Below are positions 25,586-38,838 of a stretch of DNA of 64,000 bases, one piece after another. The notes below the pieces were generated by a model. That model did not search any database, had not been told where the DNA came from, and saw only the letters and a program-made list of their open reading frames with translations. The stretch is from assembly GCF_009834535.1 (NCBI RefSeq), contig NC_045696.1:97962001-98026000 (forward strand), read 5' to 3'. Made by a program: the position numbers and the translations under genes. Source of the DNA: Camelus ferus (taxonomy: Eukaryota). How positions within the stretch are numbered: position 1 is the stretch's first letter; each line of letters opens with the position of its first letter.

Positions 25586-25676
25586 GATCTAGATGTAGTG
25601 GAGAACCCAGTATTTCAGATGACAAGGGAAAGAATAAATATCCCAAGTCAGAATTGTCTAGCTCCCGCCCCAAAAG
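25586..25676 (+). CDS. HLTF: HLTF exon 10 (GSRCSGEPSISDDKGK...SSSRPKR)
   Basis: aag|GA TCT AGA ... AAA AG|gtaaaa; 91 nt; acceptor chosen as the first AG after the pyrimidine tract, in frame with exon 9. Confidence 0.88.
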
Positions 25677-26539
25677 GTAAAACTCTATTATGGTTTGATT
25701 ATATGTAATATGTTTAAACTCTTTCTCCATTTTCTTACATATAAGAGAGAGATATGACCATTATCTCAGTTACATAGTTCTTTCAAATATATTCTTTAAT
25801 TTGAAACTGCTAAAGTCACTGTGACTTAGGCAGGTAGGCTGTTATCATTTTATAGGTGAAAAAAAGTAACATATAAGAGATGAACTGATAATTTTTAAAT
25901 AATCACTTGTCTTTCAGACATTTTCCTATTTCTTTCACGTAGGAACTAAGATCTAGCTCTTGGGGTTTGGTTTTGTTTTGTTTAGAAGAGTTTTCTTTAT
26001 GAATTTGAGGAGATGAGAACTGATGAATAATTTATTGGATGGCTTGACAAAAGCATTCTTTGCTCATCTTAGTTCTTTCTCATTTCACCTTTAGTAGAAA
26101 TAAGACATAATAAAGCTATTTATGGAGAGTATTATATTAATGTAGACTAGAGGGAGAATTTGAATAAAACACATAATGCCCCTCTTATCTCAGCTTGAAT
26201 CTGTTAAGTTTATGAATTTTATTTACCCTCTGAAGTAGATCTAAATACTAGGCTTTTGTGTTTTATTGTCCCCCATCAATTTCTGCAGGCATAACCTCAA
26301 ATCTGAATCCCTATTAGCTATTCCACCAATAGAGTCTCAAAACTGGAGTTTTGTTAATTGTTCTCTAGCTCTAATATCTGTCTGAACTGAATATAAAACT
26401 AGGACTCATCAGTTTCCCTCTCATTTAGATCTCATATCTTACAACTCTGAACTGACTGTGAGTCTGGGTAATGGCACTGTTAGTGTACCAGATCAGATCA
26501 AAGGGCATGGAAATAATGATGACATGGGAAAAACTAACA

Positions 26540-26800
26540 ACAACCAACACATACTATAACTAATACATACATACTTACTGTGCAACACACACTTTTAGGG
26601 GTTTTGCATGTAATAACACATTTTATCCTATAAAGTGGATTGTATCTTTATTCCTGTTTTCCAAGAGAGGAAACTGAAGTTTATAAGAATATTAGGTGAC
26701 TTGCCTAAATAAGGCAGATAAGTGGCGGAATGGAGATTTCAATCGAGGCAGTCTTACTCCAGAGTCCATTGTTCTTAGGCATTTAACTACTATACTGTAC
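26540..26800 (-). mobile_element. MIR SINE
   Basis: GAGGAAACTGAAG...GGTGACTTGCCTAA...AAGTGGCGGAATGGAGATTTCAATC. Confidence 0.8.
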
Positions 26801-27236
26801 TATTTCTACACAAAATTTATAAAAATTTTCATTGTGAAAGATTTATATTTTTGCCTCTTAGCTGCTTATTTCATATATTGGAGGGTTTTCTTTGATCATC
26901 AGTTATTTCTTTTTTGTTCCAGTTTTATATAAGCATTTTAATTGAATTACCAAATATTGAAGAAAATGTTGAAGTGATTACTATTTTGGAATGGAGTATT
27001 TTTTCAGATTTTTAAAAATGGTAGTAATACTGCATTTTTTATAGTGAATGCATCTGGCTGTGAAAGCAAAATGCTTTTAGCAAATTTGACTGTAATTTGT
27101 CAAATAAAAATTTTTTTCCTTCAAATTAAAAAAAAAAAAACCAGGACAAAAGCATTCGTATTGTATTTATTAAATGTAAGTTTTTATATCCCATTTTGTT
27201 TTGGGTGATAAAAAATTTGTGTATACTTAATTTTAG

Positions 27237-27316
27237 GAGAAAAACTGTTATACAGTACACTGAAAGCAGTGACTCAGAGGAAATTGAGACAAGTGAATTG
27301 CCACAGAAAATGAAAG
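27237..27316 (+). CDS. HLTF: HLTF exon 11 (RKTVIQYTESSDSEEIETSELPQKMK)
   Basis: tag|G AGA AAA ... AAA G|gtaata; 80 nt. Confidence 0.96.
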
Positions 27317-27401
27317 GTAATATGAAATGAGTTTGATTTAATAATGTGTCCTGTATTTTAATTCCCTAGTATGAGCATTTTATATGTGGTTTTGTTTTTA
27401 G

Positions 27402-27446
27402 GCAAACTGAAAAATACACAATCAGAGATTAAAATCAGAGTAAAAG
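27402..27446 (+). CDS. HLTF: HLTF exon 12 (GKLKNTQSEIKIRVK)
   Basis: tag|GC AAA ... AAA G|gtatgt; 45 nt, after an 85-nt intron. Confidence 0.94.
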
Positions 27447-28311
27447 GTATGTATATATATTTCAATATCCATAATCTACACTTAAAGATTATTAAAGTAA
27501 AGGTTCATTGATTTGTATCTGTCTAGCTTGGAATTCTTTAGTAACAGGTCATAGATTTGACTGCTTTTTACATTTGAACTATTTATGGAGCTTACCAAGG
27601 GTGTTAAATGAATGAAGCAAATTGAAAGGATAGTTTCGGATTAAAACCTAAGAGAAAATATTTAAACCAATTTTAAACAAAACAAAGTACTTTCTATTAC
27701 TTACAAAATGACATTAATAAAACCTTTTCCATATACATATAAATTGTAGTTGCAAAAGTAGGGTGAAAGTGCCTTCTTGGCAACATAGTACTATTAATTA
27801 TGTTAGTTCACACTATACAGATTTATACATATTCAGTGAATATCTTTCTCCATTATCTTTAAAACATTCCTTTTCCTCTTAATCAGATCATATTGTATTC
27901 ATAATAAGTTAAGAAATTGTATAGCATTTGGAAAATAACTCATCACTGTTGACTGATCTGAAAATTTTGTGTCCTCTTCATAAAAAGTTAACACCTGTTT
28001 CCTTGAAAAAAATTCTCCTTCCACCTGGGAGCTGAATCACTATGCATACAGCTGCTTCTACTTTCACATCTCTTCCTCAAGAGAAGCAACAATTTATCGT
28101 GAATGACTACAGTTCTTCTCTGAGCTAGAAATATATGCTTAGTGTTAGAAGAGGCAATTTTGGTTACTAGATACTATTTTTACTTTATATAAGCTCTTAA
28201 GAGAGTGTGGAAGTGGTATTATATTTTCTATCCTTAGAAAATATCTGTACCTAAGTATAGGAGAAAATTAGTTTTCAAATATCTTAATGATTCTTTGTTT
28301 TTTTGCTTCAG

Positions 28312-28401
28312 CAGGTTCTTCTAAAGTTAAAGAAGATGCAGAGTTTGCATGTGCACTTACTTCATCTACCCCTGCAACAAAAAAGAAAATGTTGAAAAAA
28401 G
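28312..28401 (+). CDS. HLTF: HLTF exon 13 (AGSSKVKEDAEFACALTSSTPATKKKMLKK)
   Basis: cag|CA GGT TCT ... AAA G|gtcagt; 90 nt; NAGNAG acceptor with alternative start 28315. Confidence 0.94.
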
Positions 28402-28984
28402 GTCAGTAAATCTGCTGAGCTTTTAGCTTTGATTTTTTTCTATTTTTCAGAAAACAATTTCAGTGACAAGTTATAAAACCATATTATAAGAAGTTAAGAA
28501 AGTAGAGAAATAAGTAATCTCATTTTTAAAAGTACATTTTGATGAGTCTGTTTTTCTGTTGTATTTGTTTTAGTTAGGTCAAAAATTGGTTGGGAAGAGG
28601 TTACTTACTCTTCTGAGTAGCAGAGATATTTCTTCTAATGAAGGCATAGAGCACTTAATGGCTGCTTTAAAATTTAATTTGGATTTATTTGAATTATAAT
28701 AAAGTTTTAATTCTTGGTATGAGAAGAATTTGCTTTTCAATTAAAAATGTCAATGATCTTTATTATAACTTCATATTTTGTAATTCATAGGAAAATGACA
28801 CTGTTTAAGAGTCTTAAATATTTGAAGTGGAAAGAGACTGAACTGTGGTTAAGGTGATCTGGGACAAGTTATTAAATATCTCTGCACCTTAGTCTTTTCT
28901 GTTTTACATGTTGGGAATACAGCAGATAGACGTATTTTCATGGAGCTTATGTCTAATGATGGAAAAAATGAATAAACATAATTT

Positions 28985-30470
28985 TCTTTAATTTTAGTTG
29001 TTTTATTGAAGTATAGTTCCTGTACAATATTATATGTTATAAGTGTACAGTATAGTGATTTACAATTTTTAAAGGCTATACTCCATTTGTAACTATTATA
29101 AAATATTGGCTATATTCCTTGTGTTGTACAGTATATCCTTATAGCTAATATTATACCTAACAGTTTGTACCTCTTAATCCCCTCTCCCCCACTGATAACC
29201 ACTAATTTGTTCTCTATATCTGTAAGTTCACTTCTTTTTTGTTATATTCACTGGTTTGTTGTATTTTTCAGATTCCACATATAAATGATATTTGTCTTTA
29301 TTTCTCTGAATTGTTTCACTTAGCATAATGCCCTCTCAAATCCATCCATGTTGCTGCAAATGGCAAGATTTCATTCTTTTTTATGGATGAGTAGTATTCT
29401 GGGGGGGGGGGTGTGTAACGTCGTCTTTATCCATTCGTCTGTTTATGGACACTTAGATTGCTTCCATATCTTGGTAATTGTAAATAATGCTGCTGTAAAC
29501 ATTGGGGTGGATGTATCTTTGAATTAGTGGTTTTATATCTTTAAAATATATGTCCAGGAGTGGAATTGCTGGCTCATATATTCTATTTTTAGTTTTTTGA
29601 GAAACCTCCGTATTATTTTCCACAGTGGCTGCAACAATTTTCATTCCTACCAACAGTGTAGGAGAGTTCCCTTTTCTCCATATCCTCACTGACATTTGTT
29701 ATTTGTGTTCTTTTTGATGATAGTTATCTGACAGATGTGAGGTGATATCTCATGTGGTTTTTATTTGCATTTCCCTGATGATTAGCGATATTGAGCATCT
29801 TTTCATGTGCCCATTGGCCATCTGCATGTCTTCTTTGGAAAAATGTTTATTCAGTTCTTCTGCCCATTTTTAAATCTGGTTGTTTGGTTTTTTGATGTTG
29901 AGTTGTATGAGCTGTTTATGTATGTTGGTTATTAATCTCTTATCAGTCATATCATTTGCAAATATTTTCTCCCGTTCTGTAGGTTTTGTTGATGGTTTCC
30001 TTTCCTGTGCAAAAGCTTTTGAGTTTAATTATGTCCCATTTGTTTATTTTTGCTTTTATTACCTAATTAGGAGACAGATCCAGAAAAAATATGATTGCAA
30101 TATATGTCAAAGAGTGTTCTGCCTATGTTTTCCTCTAGGAGTTTTAGAGTATCTGGTCTTACATTTAGCTCTTTAATCCATTTTGAATTTATTTTTGTAT
30201 ACGATGTCAGAATGTTTTCATTTCATTATTTTACATGTAGCTGTCCAGTTTTCCTAGTACCACTTATTAAAGAGACTGTCTTCTCTCCATTATATAGTCT
30301 TTCCTCCTTTGTCATAGATTAATTAATCATAATTGTGTGGGCTTATTTCTGGGCTCTCTATCCTGTTCCATTGATCTATATGTCTCTTTTTTGTGCCAGT
30401 ACCATACTGTTTTGATTACTATAGGTTAGTAGTATAATCTGAAGTCGGAGAGCATGATTCCTCTAGCTCT
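28985..30470 (-). mobile_element. L1 3' portion (ORF2 C-terminal third, 3' UTR, tail): non-inverted arm of a 5'-inverted insertion
   Basis: Antisense ORF2 C-terminal remnants (ORF 29453-29695); starts with the T-rich tail ...TTTTATTGAAGTATAGTT. Confidence 0.9.
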
Positions 30471-32063
30471 GTGTAAATCACTGCTACTGAACAGAAAAGA
30501 ATGAAAAGAAATGAGGACAGTTTAAGATACCTCTTGGACAACGTCAGGTGCTTTAATATTCACATTACAGGGGTCCCAGAGGGAGAAGAGAGAGAGGAAG
30601 GGCCTGGGAACATTTTTGAAGACATAATAGCTGACAATGTCCCTAACCTGGGAAAGGAAACAGTCACCCAAGTCCAGGAAGCACAGAGAGTTCCATACAG
30701 GATGAATTCTAAGAGGAAGACACCAAGACACATTGTAATTAAAATGACAAAAATTAAAGATAAAGACAGAATAGTAAAAGCAGAAAGGGAAAAGCAACAA
30801 ATAACATACAAGGGAAATACCAAAAGACCATCAGCTGATTTTTTTCAACAGAAACTTGACAAGCCAGAAGGGAATGGCATGATATATTTAAAGTGATGAA
30901 AAGGAAAAATTTAGAACCAAAGAATACTCTACCCAGCTGGGCCCTCGTTTAGATTTAATGAAGAAATTAAAAGCTTTACAGACAAGCAAAAGCTAATAGA
31001 ATTCAGCACCACCAAACCAGCTTTACAATAAATGCTAAAGGAACTTCTCTAGGCAGAAAAGGTCACAACTAGAAACAAGAAAACTACAAAATGAAAGAGC
31101 TCACTGGTAAAGGCAAGTAGTCAGTAAAGGTAGGAAATACCCACACACAAAGCTAGTAGGGAAGTTAAAAGATAAAAGTAGTAAAATCACCTATATCTAC
31201 AATAAGTGGTTAAGGGATACACAGAAAAATTAGACGTAAAATATGATCTCAAAAACTGTTCATGGGGGAGGAGAGTATAAATGTGGGGTATTTAAGATGC
31301 ATTTGAGGAGAGAGGGTATAGCTCACTTGTAAAATGCATGCCTAGCACACACAACGTCCTGGGTTCAATCCCCCATACTTCCATTAAAAAAAAAAAAACC
31401 ACCTAATTACCTCCTCCCCAAACAAACAAGCAAAAACCAAAACAATAAAAATGCTTTATTAAAAAATAAAATAAAATACGTTTGAAATTGAGATCAGCAA
31501 CTTAAAGCAATCACTTATATAGAGAGAGACTGCTATACAAAATCTCACGGTAACTGCAAATCGAAAATCTGTAATAGATATACACACACAAAAAAAGGAA
31601 TCCAAACATGACACTAAAGATAATCAAGTCACAAGAGAAGAAAACAAAAGAAAGGGAAAAAAAGACCTACAAGAACAGATCCAAAACAATTAACAAAATG
31701 GCAATTAAAAGTACATATCAATAATTACCTTAAATGTAAACAGACTAAATGCTCAACCAGAAGACACAGACTGGCTGAATGGATACAAAAACAAGACCCA
31801 TATATATGCTACCTACAGCAGACTCACTTCAGATATAGAGACACATGCACACTCTGAAAGCAAGGGGATGGAAAAAGGTATTCCATGCAAATGGAAATTA
31901 AAGGAAAGCTAGAGTAGCAATACTTACATCAGACAAAATAGACTTTGAAATAAAGACTGTTATAAGAAACAAAGGACACTACATAATGATCAAGGAATCA
32001 ATCCAAGAAGATACAACAATTCTAAGTAAATATGTACCAACATAGGAGCACCTAAATATATAT
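30471..32063 (+). mobile_element. L1 ORF1 3' half, inter-ORF spacer and ORF2 endonuclease start: inverted arm
   Basis: ORF 30501-30896 (NIHITGVPEGEERE...TPRHIVIKMTKIKDK) is L1 ORF1; ORF2 start ATGGCAATT at ~31698 runs to NIGAPKYI at ~32060. Confidence 0.9.
31307..31475 (+). mobile_element. tRNA-derived SINE (Vic-1-like) inside the L1 inter-ORF spacer
   Basis: GGAGAGAGGGTATAGCTCA...GTCCTGGGTTCAATCCCC, A-run, CCTAATTACCTCCTCCCC; degenerate TSD TAAGATGCATTTGA / TAAAATACGTTTGA. Confidence 0.88.
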
Positions 32064-33063
32064 GGAACAATTTTAATAAGTACTGTTAGGAAAATAAAAG
32101 ACCATAGTGAAATAAAGATTGATTGAAGGTGCATATTTAAGAAGGTGATATTTGAGCTAACGAAGAATGTTTAGAAAGAACCAACTTTTCATCTGAAAAT
32201 CAACTAGGAATAGAATATATAGGCATTTCAGATAGATTACTACACTTGATCCTAACTTTAGAAATTTTTAGAAATGTGGAATTTTTAATTGAGATAGAAT
32301 TAATTTCACAGAAAAAAAGTCCCTTTCTGTTGCAGACAATAGCTGTAATACAAGAGAGAATCTTGAAAAATCATAGCTATGTTAAACCCAAAAAACCATA
32401 TTTCTAGAAGAGAAGCAGAATAGAAGCAAAAATGAGTGAGTAGAGATGGAAGCCATGTCTTGTGATGGTGATTTCTTAAACTTAAGACACCAGAAGTCAT
32501 AAGGAAATTATTGTTTAAATTATGCTGCATTTTAAGTTTCTATGCAAACAAAGTGAGGAATGATAAAGCTTAAGAAGAATTTGTGATAACTACAACTTAA
32601 AAAAGGATTAATATCTAGAATATGTAAAGAATCTTTTACAAATCAGTTAGAAAACGACAACCCAATAGGAGGCTAGATACTAAGAATATCAATGTACAGT
32701 CCATGGAAAGAAAATCCAAATGACCAGTAACCATAGGAAAAGATAGGCAGACTCTGTCATTGGGGAAATACAGATTAAAGGAATAGTGAGATACCATCTC
32801 ACCCATCATATTTACAAATATTTTAAAATCTCAGTGTCAAGTATAGGCAAGGTTGTGCGTCAACAGGAATGCACAGTGGATGTGAATGTAAATTACCATG
32901 GAGAGCAAGTAGGCCAAATACAATGAAGCCAAAGATACACTACCTAGAACTCTACAGATACATACAAGTAGATGTGAAAAAATAGTTGTCATTGCCACAT
33001 TATTTTAGTGAAATATTGGAAATAATGTCCAGTAGGGGAATGGAAAATAAAATTGTAGTATGT

Positions 33064-33326
33064 TCTTCCATAGGCTGCCTGAGTGTCCTCACAGCATGGC
33101 AGCTGGCTTCCCCCAGAGGGAGTGATCAGGAGAGAGAGGGAGAGAGCACTCAAGACAGAAGCTGCATCTTTTATAACTTAATCTCAGAAGTAGTATACCA
33201 TCGTTTCTACCATATCCCCATTGGTCCCGTAAGCCAGTCCTAGTTGAGAGTGGGAGGGGACTACACAAGATTGTGAGTGTCAGAAAGTAAATATCATTGG
33301 GGGCCGTCTTGGAGTCTGGCTACCAT
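33064..33326 (-). mobile_element. MaLR LTR fragment (MLT1-type)
   Basis: GGCTGCCTGAGTGTCCTCACAGCATGGCAGCTGGCTTCCCCCAGAG ... ATCATTGGGGGCCGTCTTGGAGTCTGGCTACCA. Confidence 0.8.
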
Positions 33327-33660
33327 ATTAACTATAATACAAATTTAGAAAACCACATAAAATAAATATTCACCTTAATAACTGAATAACCTAACGAATA
33401 TCAGGAGATACTCCAAAATTTTCTCCTTGTGCCCCTTCCCAGCCACAATCCTCTACCTCCCCCCATAAATAATCACTGTCTGCATTTTTAGTTGTATAAA
33501 GTGGCACAGTAAAATTTAGTTTCTGTTATTTCATTATGGCTAGAAACAGAATCCCTCATTTTAATTCTTCCTAATTCCTTTTATCATCTCCTTATTGATT
33601 CCATGTGTATTTGAGGAAAAGAGAGCAGCTAAAGGGTGTGTCACTGATTGATTCTTTCAG

Positions 33661-33758
33661 GAGCATCTGCAGTGGAGGTTTCAAAGAAAGCTGATGTTGA
33701 AGAGAGACCAAGAACAACACTGATCATCTGTCCACTTTCTGTGTTGAGCAACTGGATT
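33661..33758 (+). CDS. HLTF: HLTF exon 14 (GASAVEVSKK...TTLIICPLSVLSNWI), motif Ia
   Basis: cag|GA GCA ... TGG ATT|gtaagt; 98 nt. Confidence 0.97.
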
Positions 33759-34099
33759 GTAAGTCTTCCCAGCTCTTTAAAATGTGATATAATTTATATT
33801 TGTTTTACATTATAAAAAGTATTGTGTTACAGAGTCATTCATTGGGAGAAATAAATTTAGTCAGCACTTTGTATCTAAACTCAAATAATTGTTAAGTGAA
33901 TTGAGATTATATTTGCTCAACGGAAGTGATTTTTCTTTGAGGATTTATGGTAGAGAAACTGTCAGTTGCTATGGTAGGATTTGGTTTGTACTTCTGCCTC
34001 TTCCATTTCTGTCCCCCAGAGTAGGAAAAGGGTGTAATTTAAGACCACATCATATTTATGAACTGTTGGGACCTCTTTTCTAAGAATACCACTAAAAAT

Positions 34100-34335
34100 A
34101 ACATTTGTTTTTGTAACAACTTGTAACATTTAGTGAGCTTCTGTGTGCTCAGTTTTTCCCTAAGCTCTTTTCATAGATTTTCTCATGTAATCCTCACAAC
34201 TGTTCTCATTCTCCAGGTGACTGAATTGAAACACAGAGAAGTTAAGTAACTTGCCTAAGTCATCTAGTTAATAAATGATGGAGCTAGGATGTAGTCTCCA
34301 ACGTTCTGACTCTGGAGCCTATGCTTTTAAGGCTG
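34100..34335 (-). mobile_element. MIR SINE
   Basis: CACAGAGAAGTTAAGTAACTTGCCTAAGTCATCTAG. Confidence 0.8.
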
Positions 34336-34499
34336 CCCACCAGAAAATTTTGTCTTATTTTTCTTTTATTTTTATGTTTTATTCCACACTGCATTTCTGT
34401 TCTAAAACATTACATTGGAATGGAACCTCTATGTGTTATGTGTAAGGAGCAGCTTGGGTTCTGTTTCCTTTCCATTTTGAGCTTCAAGCTGCATGTTAT

Positions 34500-37250
34500 A
34501 ATGAAATAATGACTGTTGGAAGCATTGTGAACATAAAGACCACTGGATGTGAACTTCCATTCTTGCCACCTCCAAAGTTATCTACATCTCTCTTGGCCTT
34601 TCCTCCTCTAATCTCAGAGGTGGAAGAGGTCCTGCTCTTTATAAGATCAATACCTTAGTCTGTACATTAGATTCTCTTTCTGCCTTTGCATTTTGTCTGT
34701 TATTTTTCTTCTTCTTGGTCTCCCCCCTGGCTCTTTCATGAAATGTTCTCAGATCTTTTTCATTTTTCAATACTTTCTCTTGATTATGTCTCACCTTTAA
34801 GTTACTACTTTTTTTTCCTTCACTGTCATACCTCGGGGTTTAATTTCCACTTTGTGCTCTCCTTTGTGCTTTTACTTACTGACTCCTTAGCTCATTGTAA
34901 TTTGGCTTCTGCCACCAGTTCTCTAAATTGCATTGGAAAAGGTCAGTAGTTATTGTCTCATTGTCAAATTCCATGGCCTCTTTCCTATCTTCTTGACTTT
35001 TATATAGCCTTGCCTTCTTTGGCACTTACCTTTTTATTATAAGTTTTTGGTGTATTTATTTTTTAATTACACCTTCTCCTGATTAGTGTCGTTTTTCCTC
35101 TCAGGACTAGGATGAGTTTTAGTTCTTTCTTGCTGTTTTATTTTAATTCAACAAAATTACTGCTTTTTTTTTTTTCCCATGTGTGATCCATTGCCAGAAG
35201 GACAATACATGGGTACTTGAATGGCAGTTTCAGGGTGAAGTTTACAAGTACTAATGGAGGTATAAACAAAAGAACAGTGATTCTTTAGATGGTTGGGGGT
35301 GTGGATATGTATTTTTTAAAATGAGTAATCACTGTTTCATTATATTTGGAAATAAACATATTTCAATGTATTATATTTGGAAAACAACAAGAGTTTAGGT
35401 GATATGGAAACAACAAAAGTTTAGATGATATAAACTTCAGAAAGGAAACCTTGGCAAAATCATGCCTACTGAGGTTATGGAAAAACTGATTTTTAAAGAA
35501 ATGTGATGGTTGAACATATAGGGATAAGAATTAGAATCTTGCAATCTCTCAGTAAGCTGCTCTCTTCCTAGTTCCCAAGTCACATTACCTAGCACTCTAA
35601 TGAGCAGGCTAGAGCTACCTTATATTCCTTTCTTTGTCTTCAGACATAGAATAGAATTCAGTTAAAACAGTAAGATACCAGTCTCACTTCTACCACATGA
35701 TTTTTCTGGATATTTTGAGAGTTTACTTTTTCCACCCAATGGAAAAGGAAATAATGACACCTATTTCATTTACACACACATACACATACACACATAACCT
35801 AGCACAGTGACTTGAAACTCATTATAATTCTTTCTCCAAAGAGTTAATTTTCTTCTGTTTCAAGTCTAACCTTTCCACAAGTATTCTCTGTTCCATTTCA
35901 GGGCAACCCATTGATTAATTTTCTCATTATTTTCTCTCTCCTTTCCTTTTCCACCAGATTTGTTGATAAAAGTCTCTGCATTTTCACCGTAACTCTTGCA
36001 TGTTTTATCCTGTCTCTGTATTTTTGCCTTTATTGTCTCAAATTACATTCTTTCTTCAGCCCATAGTAAATCCAGTTTTTGCTCCCACCCTCCATAGAAA
36101 CTTTTGTGAATGCCTTCAGTGACTTAATTGTTGCCATGTCTGGTGAGTTCCCTTTTTCTTTTCCTCTGCCCTGACTTTCTTTTTGCTTTTCTTACCTTTG
36201 TTATGTCTGTCTTAGTAGATCATCGTTAGTCCTTTTGGTAAAGAAAGGAAATGAACATAAATTACAAATTAAAAAATCTATTTTATATTTGTTCTTGAAA
36301 CTTTGATATTCTTTAATCCTCCTCCCAAGATTTTGTTTGCTGTCCCAACTTTCTGACTATTGTTTTTCTCTATTTTCCTTCCATGCTTTCTATTTAAACT
36401 GCCTTTTTTCCCCTTAAAGCATGATTTTTTTCTTTTAGTATTATGAAATTTGTAATGAGACCACCATTTAGTCTAGATTCAAGAACCAAAAGTTCACCAC
36501 ATTTGCTTTATTTTTTCTTTGCTGAAGTATTTTAAATCATATCCCAGACATCATGTCATATTTCCCAATAGAAGCTTAAGTCTGCTCTTTAAATACTACT
36601 GTTCTATAGGCTCTTCCCCTGGCTCCCTTTTCTCATTGCATTTTCTCTCCTTAGAAAATCTTTTTCATTCCTATAACTTCATGTACTGTCTACTCTTAAC
36701 CTGAAAGTCCATTTCTACACTTCCATTACAGGCCAGTATTTAAATTTTCCTAGTCTATACTTCTCCGGTCAGATATTCTACAGTGACCAGAAATTTTAAA
36801 TGTCTTAACTGATAATACTCACTGTCTGTTTCTCATCGTTATGCTTCCTTTCCCCTTTTAATTATCCTGAAGTCTCATCAGTCCCTTCTTCTTAGTGTCT
36901 TTGTTTCACACCAGTCCTTTCCATTCTGTTCTTACTTCTGCCATTCTGATTTAGGTCTTCATCATATTTCACCTAATAGCTTCTCAGCTGTGTCTCCCTG
37001 TTGTCTTCTGTCTCTCATCTAATCATGATTTTATTTTTCCTGCTCAGAATCTCCCAGATTTACTGTTTTCATGATTAGGAAAAAAAACAAAAAAACAGGT
37101 ATTTTAAATTGAGCATGTTCTCAAGGAGAGCAGGGATCAGGTCTTCTTTTTCTTTTTATCCGTACCACCCTTCTGGTTGATACCTGGCAAACAGTATAAT
37201 GATAAATTATACTGTATAGGCCTATAATAAATGAATGAGAGTGGATACTG
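34500..37250. mobile_element. Decayed L2 fragments interleaved with other old repeats
   Basis: Pyrimidine-rich L2-like stretches ending near ATAAATGAATGA (~37230). Confidence 0.5.
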
Positions 37251-37680
37251 TGCTTGAATCCCTGCCTCCATTCATGAAAATATTGCTTACTTTTCTTTTA
37301 CTGTTTAATTTTGATACTAGTAAGTCACTAACTGGAAACATTGAAAGATCCTTTTTGTTAAAATACTAAATTAAAAAAAACTAATTACTGTTTTTAAAAA
37401 GTGGGGTTGCTTTTTCCTTCTAAAAATGAAGCTGCTGCTCACTGGGAGGGCCAGACAGATTTCTATAATGTATTATTGTTGTGTATATGTCAGTTTCCTT
37501 GACAATAAAGTAATTAATAGTGTTACTATCATTATTTTAGTTTAAATTGCATGAAACTTGATTTTTTGCAATTTTAGTAGTTTGATTTGTGACACTACTG
37601 CCAAGACAGTACATTTTATACACGTATTGAACTTGACATTAATCTACTTATTATTAAAAATATTTCTAATTTTATTTTAG

Positions 37681-37824
37681 GATCAGTTTGGACAACATAT
37701 AAAATCAGATGTGCACTTGAATTTTTATGTTTATTATGGTCCTGATCGTGTTAGAGACCCAGCCTTGCTTTCAAAGCAGGATATTGTTTTAACTACATAC
37801 AATATTTTAACTCATGACTATGGA
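37681..37824 (+). CDS. HLTF: HLTF exon 15 (DQFGQHIKSDVHLNFYVYYG...THDYG)
   Basis: tag|GAT CAG ... TAT GGA|gtaagt; 144 nt. Confidence 0.97.
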
Positions 37825-38379
37825 GTAAGTATGTTGATACTCAGATTTTCAAAAGTTGAATTTAAGAAATTGCTTCAAGTTTCTAAAGTGTTCTGAAATT
37901 CAGATTTTATACTCTTCCCTTTTTTCTTTCTAAATACTTAATATATAGGAAATAAATAGGAAATTGTTTTTTAATCTTGTGCAAAAAAGGTTCGTTGGGC
38001 TTCCTTTAGATCATAATTTAGTAATATTTTCCATATAGAACACTTAAAGTTATAATTACATACAGCAGTTTGTAAATGAATTCTGTTTTTTCTAATATTA
38101 TGGAATATTTTCTATCACAATGGTTTGATTATTGATTATCTAGTTTAAAAATAAGCTTTTTTGTATCTGAAGTTTGTAAGTTTCCCAGTTCATTTAGACA
38201 TCTAATTATTGTTTGTCTGTAATTCCAGTTAAGTTAAAATGTTTTCTGAAATACTTAATAGTAAAAATTTTAGTCTTCAAGTTAAGAACATTAACTTTTA
38301 CATAAAAGAATGTAATTTTGTTATATTCAAATAATTCTTAAAGTTGACAATTTTTATATCATCATATGTTTCTGAGGCA

Positions 38380-38620
38380 GAATAGCTTAGTGTTTTGAAC
38401 CAAGGTCTTAGCAGAGAGCTGGACTATCTGGGTTTGAATGCTAACTCTGTACTTCCTAGCTGTGTTACTTTGAGCAACGTACTTCACACCTTGGTGCTTC
38501 AATTTTCTCATCTATAAAATAGGGATAATAATACTTCATAAGTTTGTGAACATTCAGTAACTTAATATATGTAGTGCTTAAAGCAGTACCTACCGCATAG
38601 TAAATAAGTTAAGAATAATA
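38380..38620 (+). mobile_element. MIR SINE
   Basis: CTGGGTTTGAAT...CTAGCTGTGTTACTTTGAGCAA...TTTTCTCATCTATAAAATAGGGATAATAATA. Confidence 0.85.
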
Positions 38621-38699
38621 ACTCATATTACTTACCAAATTACATAAAGTACTATTTTACCTTTCTGTGTTTTTAATTCATATGAAACATTTATTTTAG

Positions 38700-38838
38700 A
38701 CTAAAGGTGATAGTCCATTACATAGCATAAGGTGGCTAAGAGTGATCCTGGATGAAGGACATGCCATACGAAATCCAAATGCTCAGCAGACAAAAGCTGT
38801 ACTTGATTTAGAAGCAGAAAGAAGATGGGTATTGACAG
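38700..38838 (+). CDS. HLTF: HLTF exon 16 (TKGDSPLHSIRWLRVILDEGHAIRN...RWVLT), DEGH box
   Basis: tag|ACT AAA ... ACA G|gtaatg; 139 nt. Confidence 0.97.
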
